Below are positions 56,267 to 64,000 of a DNA stretch of 64,000 nucleotides, piece by piece; positions within the stretch are counted from its first letter, which is position 1; each line of letters opens with the position of its first letter. Under the pieces are notes generated by a model that worked only from the letters and a program-made list of their open reading frames with translations, was not told the DNA's origin and did not search any database. Source of the stretch: Aestuariivirga sp. (lineage in GTDB: Bacteria; Pseudomonadota; Alphaproteobacteria; Rhizobiales; Aestuariivirgaceae). The DNA lies in assembly GCA_031424315.1 (NCBI GenBank), contig JANPHF010000083.1, forward strand, positions 7,137 through 71,136, in the 5' to 3' direction. A program made the translations under genes and the position numbers.

Positions 56267-57409
56267 TCAATATGATTCAGATGGGGCCGCACGCTTAGCA
56301 AAGAGTGCAATGACAATAGCGGCCGCGACTGTCAATCCAAGCGCCCAGCCCAGCGAAGTGAATTGGGCCACAAAGCCGATGATCGGCGGTCCCGCCAGAA
56401 AGCCTGCGTAGCCCATGGAAACAACTGCTGCGATGCCACGCCCCGGTGCGTCCGGCTCCAAACGCCCACCACCCGCAAACAGCACCGGCGCAATGTTGCC
56501 AATGCCAATGCCCCCTGCCGCATAGGCCAGAAATGTGATTGGCAGGTTCGGCGAAACCAGCGCAACCCCCATGCCCACGGCGGCAAGAACCGCGCTGACG
56601 ACCACCACATTCACCGCGCCAAATTTGTGACGCAGCCAATCACCACCAAAACGCGAAAGCGACATGCCGCCCTGATAGAAAGCAAAACCCCAGGCCGCCA
56701 GTGCTGCTTCAATGGCGAATTTCTCACGTGTGAAAATGCCTGCCCAATCCGCAACCGAGCCTTCAACCATCAACGCAAGGAAGCACAGTGCTCCTAACCC
56801 AAAAGTGTGGCGTGTGGGCCAGCCAAAATGCGACTCAGAAAGCCCTCTGTCCACCGGCGGCAGCAGGTTGGCGCAAGTTATGATCAGCAAAACCACATAG
56901 GCGGCCATGAAGGCAAAGGCCTCCACCGGCGCGCCAAATATTTTCATCACCCAAGAGCCGGCAAACGCCCCCGCTGCGCAACCCACACTCCATGCAGCAT
57001 GAAGGCCGGAGATGATCGGTCTCCCCAGTGCCTTTTCGACAGCCAGGCCGTGGGCATTCATCGAGACATCCATCGAGCCCATGCCCACCCCCATTATAAA
57101 GGCTGCAGGAATGAACAGGCCGAGGCTGGGCGCAAACACCGGGCCCAAAAAGCCCGCCCCAAAAATCAAGCCACCACCAAGCGTCAGCCGTGCACTCCCA
57201 TATTGGTTGATGAGCGCACCAGTGAAAGGCATGGACAACACGGCGCCCGCAGCAATTGCCAATAAGGCCAGCCCGAATACAGCTGGGCCAGCGGCGATGC
57301 GCTCTTGCGCGAGAGGCACATGGGGCACCCATGCGCCAACCAATATGCCAGCCAACAGGAATACGATGAATATGGCCCATCGGGCGCGAACAGGGGATTC
57401 GGTGGTCAT
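56267..57409 (-). CDS. MFS transporter
   Basis: 12-TM ORF. ATG 57409 (MTTESPVRARWAIFIVF) is chosen over the longer ORF. Confidence 0.7.
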   Translation of the reverse strand: MTTESPVRARWAIFIVFLLAGILVGAWVPHVPLAQERIAAGPAVFGLALLAIAAGAVLSMPFTGALINQYGSARLTLGGGLIFGAGFLGPVFAPSLGLFIPAAFIMGVGMGSMDVSMNAHGLAVEKALGRPIISGLHAAWSVGCAAGAFAGSWVMKIFGAPVEAFAFMAAYVVLLIITCANLLPPVDRGLSESHFGWPTRHTFGLGALCFLALMVEGSVADWAGIFTREKFAIEAALAAWGFAFYQGGMSLSRFGGDWLRHKFGAVNVVVVSAVLAAVGMGVALVSPNLPITFLAYAAGGIGIGNIAPVLFAGGGRLEPDAPGRGIAAVVSMGYAGFLAGPPIIGFVAQFTSLGWALGLTVAAAIVIALFAKRAAPSESY

Positions 57410-57484
57410 CAACGGTGCAATACACACAACACAGCATTGTGAAAAGGAACATGAAAATCTGTTCATGCGATGCTATCAGGCCGC

Positions 57485-58723
57485 ATGACAATGGCCCCCA
57501 ATTCCAAATATGCCATCGCTTTCGTCTTCATCACCGTGCTTCTGGACATGGTGGGCTTTGGCCTGATCATCCCGGTTCAGCCTGCGCTGATCTCATCAGT
57601 GGCCAATGTGGATATTCCTCATGCCTCGATGATTGGCGGCTGGATGTTCTTTGCGTTTTCGGCGGGGCAATTCCTGTTTGGCCCAACACTGGGCAACTTG
57701 TCGGATGCCTATGGCAGAAGGCCCCTGCTCCTGCTTGCCGTGTTTGGCTTGGGTCTGGATTACCTCATCACCGCAATGGCCCCTTCGGTGGGCTGGCTAT
57801 TTGTCGGCCGCACGCTTGCAGGCCTGTGTGGCGCCTCCTACGTCATCGCCAATGCCTATATCGCTGACATCACACCGCCTGAAGGCCGCGCGAAAGCTTT
57901 TGGCATTATGGGCGCGGCCTTTGGTTTGGGTTTTGTGATTGGCCCGGCCATCGGCGGATTGCTCGGTGCCTTCGGCCCGCGTGTGCCGTTCTTTGCGGCT
58001 TCAGCCATTTCGCTGCTGAATTTCGTCTTCGGCTATTTCGTCCTGCCGGAAACCCTGCCCCCCGAGAAGCGCCGCGCCTTCGATCTCGCCCGTGCCAATC
58101 CGGTGGGCACTTTCAAAATCTTCAAGCAAAACAGCCAAGTGCTGCCGCTCTGCTTTGTGCTGTTTCTTTATTTCTTCGCCACCTCGGTCTATCCCGCCAT
58201 CTGGCCCTTTTGGGGCGCGGCCAAGTTTGGGTGGGATTCCAAATTGATCGGCACAACACTGGCCGCATTCGGCATCATCATGGCCATCACCCAGGGCGCG
58301 CTCACCGGCCCGCTGGTGAAGCGCTTCGGCGAATGGGAGGTGGCCTACATAGGATTGATCGGCGCACCCTTGGGCTGCGTCATTTTTGGCCTTTCTCCGA
58401 GCATTGGCTATGTGATTGCGGGTTTGTTTATCCACGCGCCTGAAAGCTTTGTGCACCCCATGCTCAGCGCCATTATGTCAAAGGAAGTGCCCGAAGATGC
58501 CCAAGGCGAGTTACAGGGCGGCATGTCTTCGATCATGAACGTCGCCATGATGTTCGGCACTGTTTTCTACGCCGAGGCTTTTGGCTATTTCGCCAAGGAA
58601 AATCCCTTCGTCGTCTCGCCCTCAGTGGGTTTCTACATTGCAGCCGGGCTGATCCTGTTAACTCTGATTTACCTCGTCACCGTTGCCCGCCCGGCGCATG
58701 CCGCACATATGGCCAAAAGTTAA
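57485..58723 (+). CDS. MFS transporter, TetA/TCR-like
   Basis: N-terminal FITVLLDMVGFGLIIPV and GxLSDxxGRRP (GNLSDAYGRRP) motifs. Confidence 0.75.
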   Translation: MTMAPNSKYAIAFVFITVLLDMVGFGLIIPVQPALISSVANVDIPHASMIGGWMFFAFSAGQFLFGPTLGNLSDAYGRRPLLLLAVFGLGLDYLITAMAPSVGWLFVGRTLAGLCGASYVIANAYIADITPPEGRAKAFGIMGAAFGLGFVIGPAIGGLLGAFGPRVPFFAASAISLLNFVFGYFVLPETLPPEKRRAFDLARANPVGTFKIFKQNSQVLPLCFVLFLYFFATSVYPAIWPFWGAAKFGWDSKLIGTTLAAFGIIMAITQGALTGPLVKRFGEWEVAYIGLIGAPLGCVIFGLSPSIGYVIAGLFIHAPESFVHPMLSAIMSKEVPEDAQGELQGGMSSIMNVAMMFGTVFYAEAFGYFAKENPFVVSPSVGFYIAAGLILLTLIYLVTVARPAHAAHMAKS

Positions 58724-58788
58724 CGCCCGAGTTACCGCTTTATTAATCCAAGGCACATAAAACCCGATTGGAAAAATCGGGGATATTG

Positions 58789-59904
58789 ATGACTGATCTT
58801 GCACTTGCGGTGCGCCGTTGGGGCCAAAGCACCACGCGGCTCATCCTGCAGAGTTTTGCGGCGCAGTGGCTGATCCTGCTGATCCCTGCGCTTTGCCTTG
58901 TCACCAACACCATCATGTTCACCAGACTGGCGCATAAGGACCTGGAGCCAGTGTTCAACGTGTTGTTTGACATCGTTACGGCCATGGTGCCTGTCGGAGT
59001 TGCCGTGATCGTTGTCGTGCGCTTTCTCCAATACGCATTCATCATCAAGCCTGAAAGCCCGGTGAAGGCACTGATCAATGATGTGAAAGTGATCGTCACT
59101 CGCCCCGCTTCGCTGATCAATGCCATACCGGTTGTTGTGGCGATCACGCTCTACAACAAGGCCATCCTCGATCTAAAACCACAGATCCCCTACCTCAATC
59201 CCTTTAAGTGGGACCAGTTCTTCATGCAGCTCGACCGTGATCTGCATTTCGGCATTGATCCCTGGCGCTTGTTGCAGCCATTAATGGGCTACGACTATGT
59301 AACCTTCATTTCCTGCCTGCTGTATAACCTCTGGTTCATCGCTCTTTTCGGCACCATGGTGTGGTTTGCTTTCCAGCGCCAGCCGAGCGAGCTTCGCACG
59401 CGTTTCTTCCTGTCCTACATGCTGATCTGGTGGATCGGCGGCGGCCTGATGGCGGTTTATTTCTCATCAGCAGGTCCGGCCTATTACACCCGCATCGGGC
59501 TTTCGCCAGATCCCTACTCTGACCTCATGGCTTATCTACAGGATGTGCACACGCGCCTGCCACTTTGGTCGCTTTCAACGCAAGACCTGTTGTGGGATGG
59601 CTATATCGGCAAGTCTGACCCGCTGGGCATCAGCGCCTTTCCTTCCATGCACAACGCCAATGCCGTGCTCTTCGCGCTCACCTTCCACCGCATCAACAAA
59701 TTCATGGGCTGGTTTTTCACCGTCTACGCCGCGGTGATCCTGATTAGTTCGGTCCATCTCGCCTGGCACTATGCCGTGGATGGCTATGCCGCCGTTGCAA
59801 TCTCTTGCACCATGTGGTGGTTGTGCGGAAAAATTGCACGCTGGATTCACAACCAACCCACAATGAAGGCACATGAATCTGCCATGGCGGCTCTGGCGTC
59901 TTGA
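58789..59904 (+). CDS. PAP2_3-like membrane protein (inositolphosphoceramide/sphingomyelin-synthase-like phosphotransferase fold)
   Basis: Multi-TM protein with FPSMHNANAV and SSVHLAWHYAVDG, the PSxH and SxxxxxHxxxD phosphatase/phosphotransferase motifs. Confidence 0.6.
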   Translation: MTDLALAVRRWGQSTTRLILQSFAAQWLILLIPALCLVTNTIMFTRLAHKDLEPVFNVLFDIVTAMVPVGVAVIVVVRFLQYAFIIKPESPVKALINDVKVIVTRPASLINAIPVVVAITLYNKAILDLKPQIPYLNPFKWDQFFMQLDRDLHFGIDPWRLLQPLMGYDYVTFISCLLYNLWFIALFGTMVWFAFQRQPSELRTRFFLSYMLIWWIGGGLMAVYFSSAGPAYYTRIGLSPDPYSDLMAYLQDVHTRLPLWSLSTQDLLWDGYIGKSDPLGISAFPSMHNANAVLFALTFHRINKFMGWFFTVYAAVILISSVHLAWHYAVDGYAAVAISCTMWWLCGKIARWIHNQPTMKAHESAMAALAS

Positions 59905-59928
59905 ACCGTGTTGTGGCAGAGGAAACGC

Positions 59929-60510
59929 ATGACGTTTCTTCTGCCCGATGACAAGGCGCAGGCCCGCAAACTGGCCGCCGCCAACCGCCTCTCCGCCCAT
60001 GAAAAAATGAAAGAGGCCGCGCCATTGCTATTGGCTTCTCAATCCTTTCCAGCCACACCCAGGCCGGATTTCCACATCGTCTCAGCCTTTCATCCATTCC
60101 GTTCGGAGATAGATACCCGCCCGCTTCTGGTGCGCCTGGCGGGTGATGGCTGGACAACCTGCCTGCCCATCGTGATGGGAGAAGGCCTGCCGCTTGTTTT
60201 CCGGAAGTGGCTGCCCGGCGAGCCCTTGGTAAGGGGTTCCATGGATATTGAACGCCCGCCGGAATCCTCCCCTGAGGTTGAGCCTGATGTCTTGCTCGTC
60301 CCATTGCTGGCCTTTGACCGTGCGGGCTACCGCCTCGGCTATGGTGGCGGCTTCTACGACCGAACACTGGCCAAGTTGCGCGCCAAGAAGAACATCATTG
60401 CCATCGGCATGGCCTATGCAGCGCAGGAGGCCGAACATGTGCCCCACGCGGCGCATGACCAGCCACTCGATTTTGTGATGACCGAAAAAGGCATCTTCCA
60501 GTGCGCCTGA
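59929..60510 (+). CDS. 5-formyltetrahydrofolate cyclo-ligase
   Basis: C-terminal GYRLGYGGGFYDRTL signature. Confidence 0.8.
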   Translation: MTFLLPDDKAQARKLAAANRLSAHEKMKEAAPLLLASQSFPATPRPDFHIVSAFHPFRSEIDTRPLLVRLAGDGWTTCLPIVMGEGLPLVFRKWLPGEPLVRGSMDIERPPESSPEVEPDVLLVPLLAFDRAGYRLGYGGGFYDRTLAKLRAKKNIIAIGMAYAAQEAEHVPHAAHDQPLDFVMTEKGIFQCA

Positions 60511-61319
60511 TGTTTCTGGGCGATGTCGTGGGCCGGGCCGGCCGCGACGCGGTGACCCAGCGTCTGCCCGACTTGCGTGAGCAACTGAAGCCGGACATCG
60601 TAGTTGTGAATGGCGAAAACGCCGCGCACGGCTTTGGCATCACCGAAGACATTTTCAAGAGCCTGCGTGAAGCTGGTGCGGACGTGGTGACACTCGGCAA
60701 CCACGCTTTTGATCAGCGCGAAGCCCTTATTTTTATCGCGCGTGAGGATCGCATGATCCGCCCGCTCAACTGGCCGCAGGGCTGCCCCGGGCGCGGCACA
60801 GCGATGGTCGAAACAGCCAAGGGCCAGCGGGTGCTGGTGATCAACGCCATGGGCCGTGTGATGATCGAACCACAACTTGACGATCCCTTCCCCGCCATCA
60901 ACCGCGAACTGGAATCTTGCAAGCTGGGTGAAGGCTGCGACGCCATCTTGATCGACATGCACGCTGAAGTGACATCAGAAAAAATGGCTATGGGTCACTT
61001 CGTTGATGGCCGCGCCTCACTCATCGTCGGCACCCACACGCACACGCCAACCGCCGATCATCACATCCTCAGCGGCGGCACCGCTTACATGACAGATGCC
61101 GGCATGTGCGGCGACTATGACTCGGTGATTGGCATGGACAAGGCCGAACCAATGAACCGTTTCCTCCGCAAGCTGCCCGTGGAACGCATGCGCCCTGCCG
61201 AAGGCGAGGCCACAATCAGCGGCGTGTTGGTTGAAACCGACGACAAGACCGGCCTGGCCCTGAACATTGCCCCCATCAGGCTCGGGGGCAAGCTCAGCCA
61301 AGTCATGCCGGATTTGTAG
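60501..61319 (+). CDS. YmdB-like metallophosphoesterase (TIGR00282 family)
   Basis: M(GTG)RLMFLGDVVGRAGR, NGENAAHGFG, GNHAFD and GTHTHTPTAD motifs. Confidence 0.85.
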   Translation: MRLMFLGDVVGRAGRDAVTQRLPDLREQLKPDIVVVNGENAAHGFGITEDIFKSLREAGADVVTLGNHAFDQREALIFIAREDRMIRPLNWPQGCPGRGTAMVETAKGQRVLVINAMGRVMIEPQLDDPFPAINRELESCKLGEGCDAILIDMHAEVTSEKMAMGHFVDGRASLIVGTHTHTPTADHHILSGGTAYMTDAGMCGDYDSVIGMDKAEPMNRFLRKLPVERMRPAEGEATISGVLVETDDKTGLALNIAPIRLGGKLSQVMPDL

Positions 61320-61330
61320 GAGGGCAATCG

Positions 61331-61522
61331 GTGGTCGGCAAAACCGAAACGCCAGCGATCAAGAACGGAGACCTCTGTAAGGTGATCGAAGGCACTCACA
61401 AGGGCCGCAGCGGCACCGTTGAAGATTTCAAGATCAGCAAGACAGGACACGCCACCATCACCGTGCGCGAAGCCGGCGGTGAGCGCTTCAAGACCTTGGC
61501 ACGCAACGTAACGCGTCAGTGA
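61331..61522 (+). CDS. small KOW-like protein
   Basis: 63-aa ORF (GTG start). NGDLCKVIEGTHKGRSGTVEDF resembles a KOW motif. Confidence 0.4.
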   Translation: MVGKTETPAIKNGDLCKVIEGTHKGRSGTVEDFKISKTGHATITVREAGGERFKTLARNVTRQ

Positions 61523-61534
61523 TCTGACGCAAGC

Positions 61535-62065
61535 TCACGCCACGTCATCGCCTTCTGGTGCACGTTTCAATCCGGTCACCATGGCGCGCGGCAAATTTTC
61601 TCTGTGTCGCACACTGGCCAGCACAACGCCTGCCAGATGCAACACCACAAGCGCCACAACTGAATAAGCAAAAGCGGAGTGGGCGAGCTGCATGGCGTCA
61701 TCGCCATACCAGGCATCAGTGGTCATCTCCCAGCCACTGATACACGTGCCAAGAATAAAAAGGATCAGCACAACAATCATCGCGCCACCTGCCGGGTTGT
61801 GTCCGATATAGCGCCGTTCCGCGCCGCGCACAATGTCGAGGAGATAGCCAATCACAGCAGAAGGCCCGCGCACGAATTCAGCAAACCGCGCGTGGCCCTT
61901 GGCCACAAGGCCCCAAATGATGCGCGCCACGACCAGCGCGGCCACCGCAAGCCCGACCCACTGATGCGTGTCACTGCGGATGCTGGAGGTAAGCCAAGCG
62001 GCTCCCATCCCAAGCACGAGGCTCCAATGGAACAGCCGCACGAAGGGGTCCCAGACGCGCAACAT
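61535..62065 (-). CDS. cytochrome b561 / b-type cytochrome family membrane protein
   Basis: ATG 62065 gives MLRVWDPFVRLFHWSL, with 4 TM helices and conserved His. The longer ORF to 62146 only reads into repeat copy C. Confidence 0.7.
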   Translation of the reverse strand: MLRVWDPFVRLFHWSLVLGMGAAWLTSSIRSDTHQWVGLAVAALVVARIIWGLVAKGHARFAEFVRGPSAVIGYLLDIVRGAERRYIGHNPAGGAMIVVLILFILGTCISGWEMTTDAWYGDDAMQLAHSAFAYSVVALVVLHLAGVVLASVRHRENLPRAMVTGLKRAPEGDDVA

Positions 62066-62085
62066 GGCCCCCGATTTCTGCGGGT

Positions 62086-62187
62086 CTAGAGCGGCGGATG
62101 CTCGCATCCGCTCGCCCGCGCGCTCTAGATTTCTATTTAGTCGCATCTTTCGCTCACAAGTGATTCCACTTGATCGCTCGATGCTTC
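62086..62187 (+). repeat. ~105-bp structured repeat, copy C
   Basis: CTAGAGCGGCGGATGCTCGCATCCGCTCGCCCGCGCGCTCTAG...ACAAGTGattcCACTTGA. Lies between the PepSY and cytochrome b561 genes, antisense to their transcription. Confidence 0.85.
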
Positions 62188-62200
62188 TGGGAAACTCATA

Positions 62201-62494
62201 TTACTGCTTCTTTTCGCCAGCTTCGGCGTTGTCGAGCATGTCGAAGGTCTCGGCATTATAGGCTGCGTTGGCCTTCTTGCCCTTGGCATCGGTGGCATAG
62301 GTTTCGTAGCAGCCGCCTTCAACCTTGATCTTGGAAACGGTCACACCTTCGGCCTTCAGCTTGGCAATCAGGTCAGCCTGCGGCTTGAACTTGGAAGCAT
62401 CAGACTTGCTGCATTCAACTTTGGCAGCAGCGGCAGCGAAAGAAGTGGTGGCAGCGAAAATGGCGAAAGAAGCGAGAAGGGCTACACGAAGCAT
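62201..62494 (-). CDS. PepSY-like small periplasmic protein
   Basis: ATG 62494 with GGAGAG upstream. Signal peptide MLRVALLASFAIFAATTSFAAAAA. The pairing with cytochrome b561 is typical. Confidence 0.55.
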   Translation of the reverse strand: MLRVALLASFAIFAATTSFAAAAAKVECSKSDASKFKPQADLIAKLKAEGVTVSKIKVEGGCYETYATDAKGKKANAAYNAETFDMLDNAEAGEKKQ

Positions 62495-62661
62495 ATTGAA
62501 CTCTCCAAATCGGAATGGGCTGCAATGCACCTTGCACCGCGCCAGGCCTGAAAGACCGTGACGGTTGCTTAAGCGGCGCGCCGTTGCTTTGGACACTTAC
62601 AATTCGGTGAAGGAGATGCGAAGTGCGATACAAATTTGTATGTGAGGCGCCACCCTTCAAA

Positions 62662-62687
62662 CAAAAAGGCCAGCGGCCATTGCTGGC
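62662..62687 (-). terminator. rho-independent terminator of the 62724-62996 gene
   Basis: On the minus strand, CCAGC-aatggcc-GCTGG followed by CCTTTTTG. Confidence 0.5.
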
Positions 62688-62723
62688 GCCAGCCATCAAA
62701 TTTCATATAGTCCGTTTTGGCCG

Positions 62724-62996
62724 TTAGGCCTTGCGCTTGAAGAACCCGGGCATCTTCATTTCGCCAGCCTTGGCGAGGTCAGCCGCCACATGTTTGGCCT
62801 TGGCAAGTTCGCCCCTTTCGAGGGCTGAAGCGGTGGATGCGCTCAACTCGTTGAGCGTGGCAATGGCGGCAAAAAGCCTGCCCTTCGGTGCAGTGTCAGC
62901 CAATGTCCTAACCTTTCTGAGTGCTGCGGCCCCCGCAGCGCCAATTTCCTCGCCGTCAAACGAGAAAGATTCCATCGAAGCCAACTTGAAACTCAT
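62724..62996 (-). CDS. hypothetical small protein
   Basis: 90-aa ORF with GGAG upstream of ATG 62996. Helical, Ala/Lys-rich. Confidence 0.4.
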   Translation of the reverse strand: MSFKLASMESFSFDGEEIGAAGAAALRKVRTLADTAPKGRLFAAIATLNELSASTASALERGELAKAKHVAADLAKAGEMKMPGFFKRKA

Positions 62997-63133
62997 AGGA
63001 ACGCACTCCACAAACTCACTGGTTTCGAGATTGCCTCGGTAACCTTAAAGCAGGGTTAAATTGCGGCGCTTGTGCGGCGGCAATCGGGGTGGCTATAAGG
63101 GCCCCAAAATTCACATCTTGTTAAGAGATTCAA

Positions 63134-63829
63134 ATGGCTGGCCATTCACAATTCAAGAACATCATGCACCGCAAGGGCCGCCAGGATAAGATGCGCTCCA
63201 AGATCTTTTCCAAGCTTTCGCGTGAAATCACGGTGGCGGCCAAGGCCGGCATCCCAGACCCATCGGCCAATTCCCGCCTGCGTCTGGCTATCCAGAACGC
63301 CCGCGCCGAAAACTTGCCCAAGGACAATATCGAACGCGCTATCAAGAAGGCGGCTGCGGCTGGCGGCGAGAACTATGAAAACGTGCGTTACGAAGGCTAT
63401 GGCCCAGCAGGTGTTGCCGTGATCGTTGAAGCCCTCACCGACAACCGCGCCCGTACCGCGCCTGTCGTGCGCTCCTTCTTCGCCAAATTCGGCGGCAACA
63501 TGGGCGAAACTGGCTCGGTGTCCTTCATGTTCGCCAAGGTCGGCGAGATTGTCTACCCGCTCGCCAAGGCCAGCGCCGATGCCATGATGGATGCCGCCAT
63601 CGAAGCAGGCGCTGATGATGTGACCAGCGAAGGCAATCACACAGTGATCTGCGCTTTTGAATCGATGAATGAAGTCTCGACGGCCCTGGCCGCGAAATTT
63701 GGCGAGGCGGAATCTGTGAAGGCCATTTGGAAACCCAATGTCATGGCGCCTCTGGCCGATTTCGACAAAGCCGAAAGCCTGATGAAACTGGTGTCTCACC
63801 AAACTCGGTCCCTGAGTTCAAACAACTAA
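63134..63829 (+). CDS. yebC: YebC/PmpR family transcriptional regulator, C-terminus replaced after ~63795
   Basis: [28 protein letters not shown] is the canonical YebC N-terminus. Family-like sequence stops at ...AESLMKLV and then reads into AT-rich foreign-looking DNA ([11 protein letters not shown]). Confidence 0.8.
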   Translation: MAGHSQFKNIMHRKGRQDKMRSKIFSKLSREITVAAKAGIPDPSANSRLRLAIQNARAENLPKDNIERAIKKAAAAGGENYENVRYEGYGPAGVAVIVEALTDNRARTAPVVRSFFAKFGGNMGETGSVSFMFAKVGEIVYPLAKASADAMMDAAIEAGADDVTSEGNHTVICAFESMNEVSTALAAKFGEAESVKAIWKPNVMAPLADFDKAESLMKLVSHQTRSLSSNN

Positions 63830-64000
63830 ACTTAACTTTAAAAAAAAATATCATAGGCCTACACAACCTATTACAAATTAAATCTATGAAATCGAGTCCA
63901 ACATACACTTACAATAAACATAAAACTATACTTCTACTGTATTACACAATACATCAATACTGTACAATAAATCAATAACCTCAACTACAGTACAAATCAA
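63796..64000. other. AT-rich, strongly G-depleted segment of non-native composition
   Basis: Composition switches abruptly from GC-rich coding DNA to A/T/C-rich, low-G sequence with TACA/ACAAT-type short motifs. No credible ORF. Confidence 0.7.

Noticed and set aside
59905-59928. Expected 6S RNA (ssrS) upstream of the 5-formyltetrahydrofolate cyclo-ligase gene
   Set aside because: Only ~24 nt separate the cyclo-ligase start from the preceding PAP2-like gene, which leaves no room for a ~180-nt 6S RNA.

Overview
Dense chromosomal segment from a high-GC alphaproteobacterium. The lineage call rests on CtrA, ChpT, a SciP-like DUF1153 protein, RpoH, phosphatidylcholine synthase and an EipA-like DUF1134 protein, which suggest a Hyphomicrobiales/Caulobacterales-like organism; nothing finer can be called from sequence alone. 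I support about 70 protein genes, 2 tRNAs (Met-CAU, Glu-CUC), several rho-independent terminators and a 3-copy ~105-bp structured repeat. There is no rRNA, CRISPR, transposase or integrase. Most genes are housekeeping: cca, mnmA, rluD, rpoH, purA, cysQ, a MoxR/DUF58 operon and MFS transporters. Leads, strongest first. (1) A sphingolipid/ceramide supercluster at 10.7-20.5 kb. It has Spt, ACP, a CerR-like reductase and an acyl-ACP synthetase converging on an operon of a GNAT-like putative ceramide synthase, a metallophosphoesterase, an orphan LptF/G-type permease and a DAG-kinase-fold kinase, followed by a fatty-acid hydroxylase. A PAP2_3/IPC-synthase-like gene lies at 58.8 kb. (2) An ~8.5-kb insertion between ctrA and chpT. 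It carries a visibly lower-GC processive GT2 synthase plus two FkbM methyltransferases. The GT2 and first FkbM ORFs are in the same frame, split by one TGA that cuts off a conserved FxRTPK-type motif. It also carries a LapG-like BTLCP protease preceded by two perfect CtrA boxes (TTAA-N7-TTAA), and a convergent 1462-aa RTX repeat protein. (3) A hicA-hicB plus HEPN-motif (Rx4H) ORF islet behind a consensus promoter. (4) A nested-palindrome repeat whose CTAG supplies the stop codon of two genes. (5) An abrupt switch to AT-rich, G-poor sequence at ~63.8 kb that truncates yebC, which is either a chimeric junction or a foreign insertion. Function calls come from motif recognition by eye and are not database-verified.
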